A stretch of 64,000 nucleotides of DNA from Opitutales bacterium (GTDB lineage: Bacteria > Verrucomicrobiota > Verrucomicrobiia > Opitutales > PNEW01), in NCBI GenBank assembly GCA_965197745.1, contig CBDANS010000007.1, positions 1,568,001-1,632,000 of the forward strand, in the 5' to 3' direction. A program made the position numbers and the translations under genes. Under the pieces are notes generated by a model, which ran no database searches, was not told where the DNA came from, and was given only the letters and a program-made list of their open reading frames with translations. Position 1 is the first letter of the stretch. Every line of letters begins with the position of its first letter. This document shows positions 19,666 to 29,945 of the stretch, one piece after another.

Positions 19666-20754
19666 TCATTCTTCGCCGATATCCTCTAGCTTCACAAGCT
19701 CCCCGCGATCTGCTGATTCTTCAACGGCGAAGCAAAGCTTCATAGTCGCATAGGCATCGCGAGGACTTGTTTTAGGAGGCAAACCCCGAGCGACACGTCG
19801 CACGACATCCCTGCTCTGGTCAAGGGTGTTATGGTAGTAGGAATGATTGTCTTGTTCATCCCATGTCAGTTTTTCAGCCAACTTGCTTGTAAAACAATCC
19901 TGGTCCTCGATGAACTCCCAACGTTCGATCGATCGGCCAAAGGTATCGGTTTTTACCACGCCCTTCGTTCCTACGACCACATACTTAAGCACATAGCCCA
20001 ACTCCGACAGCTCATCTTTGTGTTGCGCTTTCATCATTGGGTCATAAGCAGCAGTGGCGGTTGGAAGTCCCATCATACAAGTCAGGTGGCTGACCGCACC
20101 GTTCTCAAAACGGTAGATTGCATGGTAGTTGTCGCGGACTTCGTAATAGGGGATGATATTCGGAGCAGAGCGCGCGAAGACGTCGATGACCGGGGAACCG
20201 ATCCACCATAGGGGCAAGTCGACGTAATGACTAAGCTTTTCACCGAACATGCTACCGGCGATTTCCTTTTTGACGCGCCATTCCCCCTTTCGCCAGGAGC
20301 TAATACTGTAATAGCAGTAGGTGTTGATCAATCTGCCAAGCAAGTTAGCATCGATCCATCGCTTGACTGTCGTGTATAGTTTAGAGTAGCGCAGCTCGAA
20401 TCCGATCTGCAGGTAGCCACCACACTGTTCAACACATTTAACCATCTGGAGCGCATCAGAGAGTGTCGTGGCCATAGGCTTCTCACACATCACTGCTTTC
20501 TTTGCCTCAAGGGCCTGCAAGGTCAGGGCTTTGTGCGTAGCGTTGGTCGTTGCGATAAAAACAAGACGGACCTCAGGATCATTCAAGACATCATTGATAT
20601 GGCGAGTAGTTTGAACTTTGAAACACCTACTAACTTCGTTGAGGGGCTGCTCCTCGATATCATATACGATAATGTCCTGCACGCCTTCAAAGCCATTTAA
20701 GTGTTCAATAATGTGGCCACCCATGTTTCCCGCGCCAAAAACACCAACTTTCAT
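19666..20754 (-). CDS. Gfo/Idh/MocA family oxidoreductase
   Basis: GVFGAGNMG, MCEKPMA, IGFELRY, SHYVD. Confidence 0.93.
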   Translation of the reverse strand: MKVGVFGAGNMGGHIIEHLNGFEGVQDIIVYDIEEQPLNEVSRCFKVQTTRHINDVLNDPEVRLVFIATTNATHKALTLQALEAKKAVMCEKPMATTLSDALQMVKCVEQCGGYLQIGFELRYSKLYTTVKRWIDANLLGRLINTYCYYSISSWRKGEWRVKKEIAGSMFGEKLSHYVDLPLWWIGSPVIDVFARSAPNIIPYYEVRDNYHAIYRFENGAVSHLTCMMGLPTATAAYDPMMKAQHKDELSELGYVLKYVVVGTKGVVKTDTFGRSIERWEFIEDQDCFTSKLAEKLTWDEQDNHSYYHNTLDQSRDVVRRVARGLPPKTSPRDAYATMKLCFAVEESADRGELVKLEDIGEE

Positions 20755-20803
20755 TTGTTCCCTTCCTTCGTTCAGTTAGGGAGGGCAGCAGAAATAACGA
20801 TAT

Positions 20804-21881
20804 TCATTTGTTGACCTCTCTTGCAGCTGCATCGTAAACCTCGCGCAACAGTACGCGCCTACCTTCGGCCTGGGCAATCCGAGCGGCTTCGATTATGGCG
20901 ATCGGTTCGAGAATATGTTCGTAGGGAATGGGTGGTTTTCCGGTGTCGATCATCTGCCGAAATAAGTGGACGATTCGTTCGGTGCCGCTGCCAAACTCAG
21001 GGTCGCCGATGGGAGGCGAATGAATCACGCCCAGATTGCTGTAAGCGGAGCAGTAATACGAGCAACTGCGGGGCATAAGAGTATTGGGGGCATTGACAAA
21101 CATCGCCTCGAGACCGCTGGGGTAGTGCAGCAGGATGCATTCGAGAGGAATCGAGCCCATGCACTCGACCCATTCCACGCCATATCCCATCAACCCCTGT
21201 GCTGTAGCCAGACCGTGAATGACCGCTCCATTTGCCGGGCCAGCGCCCTTGACTACAAGCAGTCCCACCTCACCGATCTCATCAAAGCGTTGGCCAAACT
21301 TTTTGCCGACATCGGTGTGTGCCAGGATCGAGGCGCTCATCAAAATGGTGTTATGCTCTTTAGCCAACCTGACCATCTCCTGCGCGTCCGCCAAGGTAGC
21401 TGCAAAGGGTTTATCCACTAATGTGGGAATACCTCCTCTCCAGAAATGGCCGGGCCAGCTCCAGGTGGTCTGCACCATCGCGCGGCGAACTGGAGTCGGC
21501 GATGTAGGCGGCGTCTACCCCTTCAGCCGTTTCCTCTATTGTATCGCAGACCTTGGGGTGGCTCAGGAATGTCTTGGAATAAGCGATCGCCCGACCCGGG
21601 TAGGTGCCGTACTGGAGTTTTGGATTACCGTTATTATCTTCACCCTCTTCCATAATACGGTCAAAGACTTTGCTGATCACGAAGCCCGGCACGGGTTTGA
21701 TCCTTATCTCTCCCGGGCTGGCAAGAACCTTGAAATAGTGATGGACGGACTCACGCGTTGGGGCATCGTCACTGTACGTCGCCAGGATCAGTGGGTCGAC
21801 ATGGTCCATGAAGATACCGAACCAGTAAGCGTGCGTATCGCAGCGAACAATAGCCAGGCGTGTCTTTTGATTACTCGTCAT
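20804..21881 (-). pseudogene. Gfo/Idh/MocA family oxidoreductase, frameshifted near 21445
   Basis: DHLELARPFLE (ORF 21411..21905) continues as GIPTLVDKPFA (ORF 20804..21478) in another frame. Confidence 0.82.
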
Positions 21882-21897
21882 CGATCGGTCTTTTGCG

Positions 21898-22737
21898 CTA
21901 TTCACGGTCAGTCACAATCTGCTGATCCGGTACAGGGGTTTCGGTTGGTGTATTCAGAGCGGTAATTTCCATGAGCCGCTTATTGTCCTGGCAGGCGATT
22001 TGACCACCATCGACGATGATAGCCTGGCCATTTAGAAACGAAGCATCCTGCGAGAGCAAGAACGTGATCACCGAAGCGATCTCTTCTGGCCTGCCATAAC
22101 GATCCATCGGAATCTGTTTAAGGTAAGCCTTTTTAAAAAGCATTTCCTGGATACTCAGGTCGCCTGGTGTATCGATAACGCCAGGACAGACTGCATTGAC
22201 ACGTATGTTATTGCAAGCGAACTCACCCGCTGCGGTTCGTGTCAGCGCGACAAGGGCGGCTTTGGACGCATCGTAAGCAGCGTTGTTCGTACTGGATCGG
22301 TAGGCGTTTCGGCTGGAGACATTAACAATTGCTCCGCCGCCGGCTTTTGACATTTCGTGCGCTAACTCACGTATCAGCGCAAATGGCGCGCCGACGTTGA
22401 CGTCGAAGTTCAACCGCCACACCTGATCAGACATTTCGGTTATGGGTCCGCCGTCCCAAACGCCAGCATTATTGACCAGTTGTGTGATAGGCCCATGGCT
22501 ATCCGTCAGGTCGGAGATTAACTTTGGAATAGCCTTGATCTTCCGTAGGTCGAAGCAGCACGGAATTATCCCATGGTTTTTTGTCTCTGACATCAAAGCA
22601 TCAAGGCTATCCTGGCAACGATCCAGGGCGACCACACGCACCTTCTGTTCGAACAGGCGCAAAGCTGTTGTTTTACCAATACCGTTGGCTGCTCCAGTCA
22701 CCAGTGCAAGCGTTGATTGTTGCAACGTCATTGTCAT
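21898..22737 (-). CDS. SDR family oxidoreductase
   Basis: TGAANGIG, VNNAG, YDASK; AAGGA RBS before ATG 22737. Confidence 0.93.
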   Translation of the reverse strand: MTMTLQQSTLALVTGAANGIGKTTALRLFEQKVRVVALDRCQDSLDALMSETKNHGIIPCCFDLRKIKAIPKLISDLTDSHGPITQLVNNAGVWDGGPITEMSDQVWRLNFDVNVGAPFALIRELAHEMSKAGGGAIVNVSSRNAYRSSTNNAAYDASKAALVALTRTAAGEFACNNIRVNAVCPGVIDTPGDLSIQEMLFKKAYLKQIPMDRYGRPEEIASVITFLLSQDASFLNGQAIIVDGGQIACQDNKRLMEITALNTPTETPVPDQQIVTDRE

Positions 22738-22753
22738 TTCCTTTGTCGATGCC

Positions 22754-23218
22754 TTATCGGTTGATGATGTCGCCGTACTCCTGGAACATTTCAATACTGA
22801 TGTCATCAGGATCGAGTGCGTACATGGCGCGTGCGACCTTTTGCCCGTCGCGGATTACATCGGTGGGCGGGTTGACGGCACCGTGGCCAGCCTTTTTCAA
22901 TGCCGCATACTGTGCGTCGATATCATCGACCTCAAAGGCAATGTGGGACGAGCCCACGAAGTAATTCGAAAGCTTACGCTTCTCACATGGCGGGTTCAGA
23001 TACTGGAACAGCTCCAGCAGAAATTCATTAACCGGATGGCGCAAAAGCGCCACTAAAAGATTGACGTCATTGTAACCCAGAATCGCATCATAGGACGGTA
23101 AATTCGACCGTTCAGAGACGCGAACTACTTCCAGACCCAGGCAGTCGCGGTTGAATATTAGCGACTGTTCGAGGTTGGAGACCGTAAAACCATGGTGATG
23201 GATCATCTTGATGGCCAT
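22754..23218 (-). CDS. VOC (glyoxalase/bleomycin resistance) family protein
   Basis: HHHGFTVSNLE, LELFQY, HIAFEVDDI, DPDD..IEMF. Confidence 0.9.
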   Translation of the reverse strand: MAIKMIHHHGFTVSNLEQSLIFNRDCLGLEVVRVSERSNLPSYDAILGYNDVNLLVALLRHPVNEFLLELFQYLNPPCEKRKLSNYFVGSSHIAFEVDDIDAQYAALKKAGHGAVNPPTDVIRDGQKVARAMYALDPDDISIEMFQEYGDIINR

Positions 23219-23225
23219 ACCTAGA

Positions 23226-23350
23226 GATCCAGCGGTTGGCGCCGGTGATCAGCAGACCGCGTTGCCCATAACAATTGCAAACGGGAGATATTCACTGGGA
23301 ATTGCCGCAGGAAAGTTCCACGGAGTTAAAACCGTAACGACACCAAGCGG
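23226..23350 (-). pseudogene. Fused remnants of an aldehyde dehydrogenase and an SDR
   Basis: 23350-23249 reads PLGVVTVLTPWNFPAAIPSEYLPFAIVMGNAVC*; overlapping 23255-23226 reads LLITGANRWI. Confidence 0.75.
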
Positions 23351-23407
23351 TCACCAAAATGTCAATACCCGCTTTTTGGGATAGAAAGATGCGTGATCTA
23401 TCGATCA

Positions 23408-23639
23408 GTGTTAGGTGTTAAGTTTTAAGTGTTAAGCAATTAGGTAAGGTGGAGCGGGCTGTCCCTAGCGCGCTTCTTCTCTTCTATTAATAAACTAGCG
23501 CGCTAGGGACAGCCGCGTTCCACCGTATATGTCATAGGGAAGATGACAATTTGCATATTACAGCTGAACTCTGAAACGTGAACCTTCTTTTTAACAGGCG
23601 CAATAACGCTATTCAACTGTTAACCGTTCACTGTTTACT
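23408..23639. repeat. Composite repeat block with uninterrupted GGTGGAGCG hairpin (23448-23524)
   Basis: GTGTTAR heptamers, GGCTGTCCCTAGCGCGCT/AGCGCGCTAGGGACAGCC arms, CTGAACT heptamers, closing CCGTTCA/CTGTTTA heptamers. Confidence 0.85.
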
Positions 23640-23642
23640 CTC

Positions 23643-26225
23643 TTAATCTCCCCTTGGAAGTGAAGTATAGAGGGTGAGGCCCTCCATGGACTTTTCTCTT
23701 TCAGGTATAATCAAGCTGCAGAAGTAGCCCACAATGAAACAGACGACGAATCCAATAAATGCGTAATAGTAAAAATTAATATCGGTATGGAATTTTATAA
23801 AAAAGAGACAAACCGCGCTCGTGATCGCACCAATAAATGCGCCGATTCCATTGGATCGTCGTGTAAAAATACCCAGGGCAAATAATCCCCCCAGACCGCT
23901 GCTGAATAATCCAAGGATTGAAATGAAAAAGAGAGATGCGGATTTGATATCAAAGGATACCATGATTAAGGCGATGGTAGTAGCAAATACTCCAATAATC
24001 AAAGTGGCCCATCGCGCGAGATTTAAACAGCTATGTTCGGAGGCGTTTGGCTTGAATCGACGATAAAAATCAGTGACATAAGCTGTGGCCATCGAGTTCA
24101 TACCGCTGTCCAGACTGGACATCGCGGCGGAAAAAATAGCGGCTATCACGAACCCCGCTACCCCCACGGGTATTCTCTGCGAAATAAATAATGGCAAGAT
24201 AACATCATTCTGCATCCCCAAGTTTAGACTAGAAGGGTGAGCTTTGTAAAAAGCATATAAAGCTGTACCCATGAAGTAAAATAATAATCCGGTGGGGATC
24301 TTCATCGCTACGTTTAACCATAACCCCTTGGCGGCTGCTTTTTCATCCTTTGTTGTGAGATATCTTTGGATCATAGACTGATCTGAGGTATACATAATTA
24401 AGGTCCCGAACCCACCACCAATAACTACGGCCCAAAAGGTAGTCGCGGTTATATCCCATTCCAGGTAGAGGACACGGAATTTGTCGTCAGCTATCCCTGT
24501 TTTGAACACCTCAATAATACCGCCATCGATGTGAAAGGGAATAACGACCAGGGCGACGATGATCCCGCCAAAAAATATAATAACTTGAACAACATCAGTC
24601 CAAACCACCGCTTCAATACCACCGAGCACGGTATAAAAGGTGCTCAACAGTCCCATCGAAAGGATGCACACATAAATATTTATACCGGTAATGGTGGAGA
24701 GAACAATGGCGGGTAAATACATCACGATGCTGATCCGTACCAATTGGAAAATAATAAACTGTGCGCTACCGTATAAGCGGACGGGGAGATTGAAACGTTT
24801 TTCAAGGTATTCGAAAACGGTGACGATGTTGAGCCTTCTGAAAAAAGGGAGATAAAAATAGATGGTAATAATAGGGACGAGTATGATACCTATATACCCG
24901 GGATAGGTAAACCAGTCCGTGGCATAAACTAATGCGGGCAGGGAAATATAAGTGAGCGCGCTAAACCCCGTCCCCAAGACACTGAGTCCTGAGGCCCACC
25001 AGGGAACACGTCGGCTGGCGAGAAAATAATCGTCCGTTCCCTTCTCCCGTTTGGAAAAATAGAGCCCCATGATTACCAACCCAATCATGTATGAAATAAG
25101 AAAGAGGTAATTAATTATGCCAAACTTCGCACGCGCGCTGATGTCATGCATCATTAGCTGTACCTTGGGTGTTCTTCTGCCCGGTCGAATTTCACCACTC
25201 GTCAGGGCAATACCACCTCCCCAGGCCACGGCTTCCGCGTTGACTACACTTATTGGAATTTCATCTTTGCTTAGCCAGGTGTTAGTGATCGTGTGATAGA
25301 CGAGCAGGTCAGAGGAAAATCCTGGATGGGCATCGCCCAGTATTTGATCGATAAATTCACCTGTCGCTCCACCAAATATCAGAATATGCGATTGCCCGTA
25401 GGATAAAACGGGAGCTGCCGTGACGGGATGCGGGGCATCAGTAATACGCTCCCACTGCTTAAACCTTGGAGTGTAGCGGTATCCGTCAGTCAAAGGTTGA
25501 GGCTTAACTTTACCGGCCCCTTTATTGATGAGGGTTTCGCCACCAATAATATATAAATAAGTTTTATCACCCTCATTCTGAGCGGCAACGATCGCCTTCC
25601 TCCGAGCCGGACCATCCCAGGGTTCCAATACTTCCCATCCGGCCTCTTTGTCACTTAAGTTGAGTGACCAGAAAACCTTGGACAGGTTTTCTCTGCTTCC
25701 AATGGCCTGGCCACCTGCGACATAGAGTTTATCTCCTATCTTAGCGGCATCACCATAGGCTAGCGGTTGTGGCAGCACAGGCAGTGATACTTGTTCAATA
25801 TTCTGAGTTTCAGGATTCCAGATGAGTTGTGTGACCCCGTCATGATAGCTCTCGGCATCACTACCTCCGATCAGGATCAGGTTGTCTCCGGTGCTGACCG
25901 ATGCCCCGTAGGCGAGGGGTTGCTTAAGTTTGAATCCGGTCAACCACTTCTTATCTTTATTTTCAGGGGTTAAAACATATACCGTGTCATACCAGACTTT
26001 TGTTCCATTCTTCCACGCCGGTTTATCGGGAAAGTTCGCGCCACCAGCGACGATCAGTGCGCCGTTGCTGACACCGGCAAATACGCCTCCCAAGCCAATC
26101 GTATGCGGAAGATCAGGTAGCTCCTCCCAAGTGATGGCTTCCGGATTCTGGGTATCACTTTCACTGCAACCCGTATTTAATAAGACACCGACAAGAGATA
26201 AAAGAATAACGAATAGACGTTTCAT
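23643..26225 (-). CDS. Kelch/NanM-like beta-propeller fused to sodium:solute symporter (second copy)
   Basis: Lipoprotein-like signal (LLNTGC), IVAGGANFP, YGQSHILIFGG, DYFLASRRVPWW, FEYLEKRF, GGIEAVVWTD, SAAMSSLDS. Confidence 0.92.
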   Translation of the reverse strand: MKRLFVILLSLVGVLLNTGCSESDTQNPEAITWEELPDLPHTIGLGGVFAGVSNGALIVAGGANFPDKPAWKNGTKVWYDTVYVLTPENKDKKWLTGFKLKQPLAYGASVSTGDNLILIGGSDAESYHDGVTQLIWNPETQNIEQVSLPVLPQPLAYGDAAKIGDKLYVAGGQAIGSRENLSKVFWSLNLSDKEAGWEVLEPWDGPARRKAIVAAQNEGDKTYLYIIGGETLINKGAGKVKPQPLTDGYRYTPRFKQWERITDAPHPVTAAPVLSYGQSHILIFGGATGEFIDQILGDAHPGFSSDLLVYHTITNTWLSKDEIPISVVNAEAVAWGGGIALTSGEIRPGRRTPKVQLMMHDISARAKFGIINYLFLISYMIGLVIMGLYFSKREKGTDDYFLASRRVPWWASGLSVLGTGFSALTYISLPALVYATDWFTYPGYIGIILVPIITIYFYLPFFRRLNIVTVFEYLEKRFNLPVRLYGSAQFIIFQLVRISIVMYLPAIVLSTITGINIYVCILSMGLLSTFYTVLGGIEAVVWTDVVQVIIFFGGIIVALVVIPFHIDGGIIEVFKTGIADDKFRVLYLEWDITATTFWAVVIGGGFGTLIMYTSDQSMIQRYLTTKDEKAAAKGLWLNVAMKIPTGLLFYFMGTALYAFYKAHPSSLNLGMQNDVILPLFISQRIPVGVAGFVIAAIFSAAMSSLDSGMNSMATAYVTDFYRRFKPNASEHSCLNLARWATLIIGVFATTIALIMVSFDIKSASLFFISILGLFSSGLGGLFALGIFTRRSNGIGAFIGAITSAVCLFFIKFHTDINFYYYAFIGFVVCFIVGYFCSLIIPEREKSMEGLTLYTSLPRGD

Positions 26226-26279
26226 CGGGGCTGTGATGACAGTGCCGTTGAAAGTAAAAGCTGTCCAGAGTTAATCCCC

Positions 26280-27014
26280 TCAAACATTTTGATCATCGCG
26301 TATTATATTTTTAATTTTTTCTCTGAGCAGCGTTTTCAATTCATCATAGTGTGTCAGCCAGATACTATGAGCGGCATCTTTAATTTCAAAATACTCTCCT
26401 TTTCTGATTAAATTTGCTAACTGTTCTGTCGGCCAATTAAGCCTTATATCCTTCCCCGCATTTATAAATATCGCTGGAACATTTATACTCGCTATATCAT
26501 GTAACAAATTAGGGTTCTTTATGTATTCTCTCCATGATAGAGAACCTATTTTATTTACCATCGGGTCTGCTTGAAAAATTTTACCTCCATGATCTTCACC
26601 GTATTTCTCTAAATTTTCATGGTATGTTTTACTCCATTCTCTGTCATTAACAATTCTTCCACCGGCGATTCCGATCAACCCGATAACATTTTGAGGATAC
26701 TTAATGGTATAGGCTAGCGCAACATCTGGACCTGCAGAATGGCCGCCAATAATAAATTGGTTAAAATTATATTCTTTTCTGATAAATTCTATATCTCCCA
26801 ATGTTGTTTCCAAATCATAATTGCCGTCATAGTCCGATCTTCCACATCCCCTCGGTTCAAACCTAACGACTCGGCATAAGTCATCGAGCATTTCTGAAAT
26901 TGGTTCCAGGTAATCGTCACACCCTGGGCCGCCGTTACAAAGAAGTAGAGGGAAGCCTCGACCATTTATTGTAGTCCAGATTTCCGTTCCGTTATTATTT
27001 AGTATTTTGTCCAT
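26280..27014 (-). CDS. Alpha/beta fold hydrolase (proline iminopeptidase-like motif)
   Basis: NGGPG, PRGCGRS, GHSAG nucleophile elbow, AAH; visibly AT-rich. Confidence 0.88.
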   Translation of the reverse strand: MDKILNNNGTEIWTTINGRGFPLLLCNGGPGCDDYLEPISEMLDDLCRVVRFEPRGCGRSDYDGNYDLETTLGDIEFIRKEYNFNQFIIGGHSAGPDVALAYTIKYPQNVIGLIGIAGGRIVNDREWSKTYHENLEKYGEDHGGKIFQADPMVNKIGSLSWREYIKNPNLLHDIASINVPAIFINAGKDIRLNWPTEQLANLIRKGEYFEIKDAAHSIWLTHYDELKTLLREKIKNIIRDDQNV

Positions 27015-27032
27015 TAAATGATACTCGTAAGC

Positions 27033-27854
27033 TCAACCGTCGTGGGAGCGATATTCACCGCTGGCGTTCCAGCCGGGATACTGCTCTTCAAGAGCAGCGA
27101 GCGTCTGGCGGGTGTAGTAGGAGTGATCGGGCGGGGGAAATCGGAAGAGCTGTCGGTCGGCGGCGTCAAGGCTACCGATAAACTCGCGGAAATGGGGGTC
27201 TTGCATCACATGGGTGTAATATTCGACGCCCTCCCAGTAGTGGTCAGCGCGGCCAAAGGCGAACTTCCAGATGTAACGCTGGCTGTCCTCGCGAAGGAAG
27301 TCGCTGCCGGAGTGCCAGCTGTAGTTGTGGAAGATGGCCACCGAGCCACCGGGGGCGATCATCGCTTCGGCGCGCGTAGGGTCCTGGTGTTGACCGTCGG
27401 CGTCGGCGGACAAGAGTGTGGGGCCTTGATCAGGGTCGACGTCTTCCAGGCAGAACCAGAAATTGAGCTGACTGTAGCTGCGGTCGGATTCAGTGGGCGG
27501 CAGCAGTGAGTTGTTGCCATTGTCAATGTGGAAGGACATGTTCTTGCGGCCGGGATAGGTGATCAGGCCGAGTCCCGGGCGGTAGTGGATCTGGTCAGTG
27601 TCGAGCCAACGGCGGGAGAATGCGATCGCTTCGCGATTAAGGATGGCGCGGTTCAAGCATTGCTCTGGATAGGGGAAGTGACAATTCGACGAGAATTTGG
27701 CCGGTAGATTCCCCTTGGCTTCGTCCCAAGGTTTGAGGATGCGGCGGAGGGCGGCGGCCATTTCGGCGCGTTGCAATTCAGGCAGAAAGTTGTGAACGAT
27801 AGCGTAGCCCCGGGTAGCGAGAGCGTCAAATACGGTGTCGTTTAGTTTTTGCAT
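27033..27854 (-). CDS. PhyH family dioxygenase
   Basis: RGYAIV.NFL, FHID, FCLEDV..DQGPT, PGGSVAIF...SWHSG, QR. Confidence 0.85.
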   Translation of the reverse strand: MQKLNDTVFDALATRGYAIVHNFLPELQRAEMAAALRRILKPWDEAKGNLPAKFSSNCHFPYPEQCLNRAILNREAIAFSRRWLDTDQIHYRPGLGLITYPGRKNMSFHIDNGNNSLLPPTESDRSYSQLNFWFCLEDVDPDQGPTLLSADADGQHQDPTRAEAMIAPGGSVAIFHNYSWHSGSDFLREDSQRYIWKFAFGRADHYWEGVEYYTHVMQDPHFREFIGSLDAADRQLFRFPPPDHSYYTRQTLAALEEQYPGWNASGEYRSHDG

Positions 27855-28076
27855 GGTGTTTTCGAGAAGAGTATGCGCGTTAGCTTATGCAGATGGTGGC
27901 TGCTTGATCTTGAATCTTTTTCTATCGTCGATTCGATTTGCTTTGGTAATAAGGAAGATATTATTAAAAAGGCCAAGTTAAACAATAAGGTATATAAGAA
28001 ATGAACTTATCTTACCTTACTGACAAAAGCTTTAACAAATCATCAAATTGATTGCTTGCAACAACGATAAAATTAA

Positions 28077-29659
28077 TTGGAAAAGGAGCAGACCTTGGGA
28101 ATAATCGATACAGCGGTCATCGTAATTTATTTATGCGTCCTTGTCGTTATGGGTGTGTATTTTTCACGCCGCCAAAAGACGACAGAAAACTATTTTCTAG
28201 CAGGTCGAAACTTACCGGGATGGGTGGTCGGTTTTTCTATTATGGGAACAATTATCGGGACCATTACCTTCATTGGTAATCCCGGAGAGGTATTTAAAAC
28301 TAACATGTGGGGTTTGCCCTCGAGTTTAGCGTACCCGTTCGTCATGGTTTTTGTGTCCGTTTATATAGTCTCCTTTTATCGCCGGACGATTCGCATGACT
28401 GCCTATCGATATTTGGAGATGCGGTTTGGCTACCCCGTGCGGGCCTATGGCGCGGGTGTATTTCTGGTCGGCCACATTTTACATTTAAGTATGACTTTCT
28501 ATTTTCTGGCGGTCGCCGTTGCTTACATGAGCGGATGGGATGTGTGGTGGGTAATCCTTTTCGTAGGCCTGGCGACAGTCATTTACACAGTGGTCGGAGG
28601 TATAGAAGCTGTCGTCTGGTCTGATGTAATACAAGGCAACTTACTTTTAATCGGCGGTCTGACTTGTCTGTGTGTGCTTCTTTTCTCATCCGATGCTGGT
28701 CCCACCGTAATTGTCGCCAAAGCCTGGGAGGGGGGGAAGTTTTCATTGGGTAATTGGGATTTCAGCTGGTATGAAAAAAAATGTGGTTTTTCGTTGTTGG
28801 TGGAATATTGGGCGCACTCCAAAGTTTAGCCTGTGACCAGTCCAATGTACAACGTTATCTCCTGGCAAAGACAGATAAAGAAGCAGCTCGTGCAGCCTTT
28901 ATGGGAGCAGTTGTCTGTGTTCCCATCTGGTTCCTTTTTATGGTAATAGGTGCTTTAACGTGGGCGTTTTATGAATTATCAACGGATCCACTTCCAGCCG
29001 AGGTGCTTCAACAAAAGGACTTTATCCTACCGTATTTTATAAAAACCCAATTACCTGCAGGATTGGTTGGGCTTATTTTAGCTGCATTATTAGCATCAGC
29101 CATGTCATCAATCGATTCACATTTGAATGCAATTGCGCTCGTCGTCGTCAATGATTTTTATGTGCGACTACGCCCCAAATCCAAAGATAAACATCGACTG
29201 CTCCTGGGGAAAACTGTGGTTGTGTTTTTTGGCGTGTCCTCGATCATAATGGCACAGCAATGGATCGGGATTAAATCGGTTATTGAATTATCCATTGTCG
29301 TTGGAGCGATGATACCGGGGGGAATTCTCGGTGTGTTTACTCTCGGGTTTTTATTTCGATGGACGACGGCAAGGGGTGCCTGTATTGCCATTGCAATTAG
29401 TATTATCTTTAATTCGTGGGCAGCGTTTACGCGTATTACTCTCCCAGGAATGGAATCACCCTTGCTTGATTTCGGGCGTTTTAATTACACTTTGAGCCCA
29501 TTCGTGATTGGAATATTCAGCTATTTTGTTCTCCTGGGCGCCGGCATGCTGGCGAGTTTACTTGCAGGGGGGCCCCGATCGGATACCAGGGATCTTACTT
29601 TTTGGGATGTCCTCGAAAGACGTCGGGAGGAGAAGAAATTATTGAAAAGTGAACAGTGA
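28077..29659 (+). pseudogene. Sodium:solute symporter, frameshifted in A8 tract near 28775
   Basis: ORFs 28077..28829 and 28781..29659 together align end to end with paralog 29946..31511. Confidence 0.88.
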
Positions 29660-29675
29660 ACAGTGCTTCTGCGTC

Positions 29676-29735
29676 TTAACATGGGTGATGATTTTTAGCG
29701 AGAACGTTGAATACGGTGTCGTTTAATTTTTGCAT
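29676..29735 (-). pseudogene. 5' remnant of a copy of the 27033..27854 PhyH gene
   Basis: MQKLNDTVFNVLA.. versus MQKLNDTVFDALA..; upstream sequence also similar. Confidence 0.78.
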
Positions 29736-29945
29736 GGTGTATTCGGAATTGGTGAGCGCGTTAGCTTATCTTGCAACTTCCTCTAGGGTCGAATCGGATT
29801 GCATTTCTGAAATTGAAAATATTATTAAGAAGGCAAATTAAACTATTCGGTATTATAGAAATAAACTTATCTCACTCAGATAACAAAAGCATTAATATTT
29901 CATCGAAATGATCGCCTGTTATAATAATATGAAGCGGAGCAACCC

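Noticed and set aside
16398..27509. Long antisense ORFs (e.g. 16398..16757, 21219..21965, 22442..23056, 27018..27509)
   Set aside because: Shadows of well-supported genes on the opposite strand; no motifs
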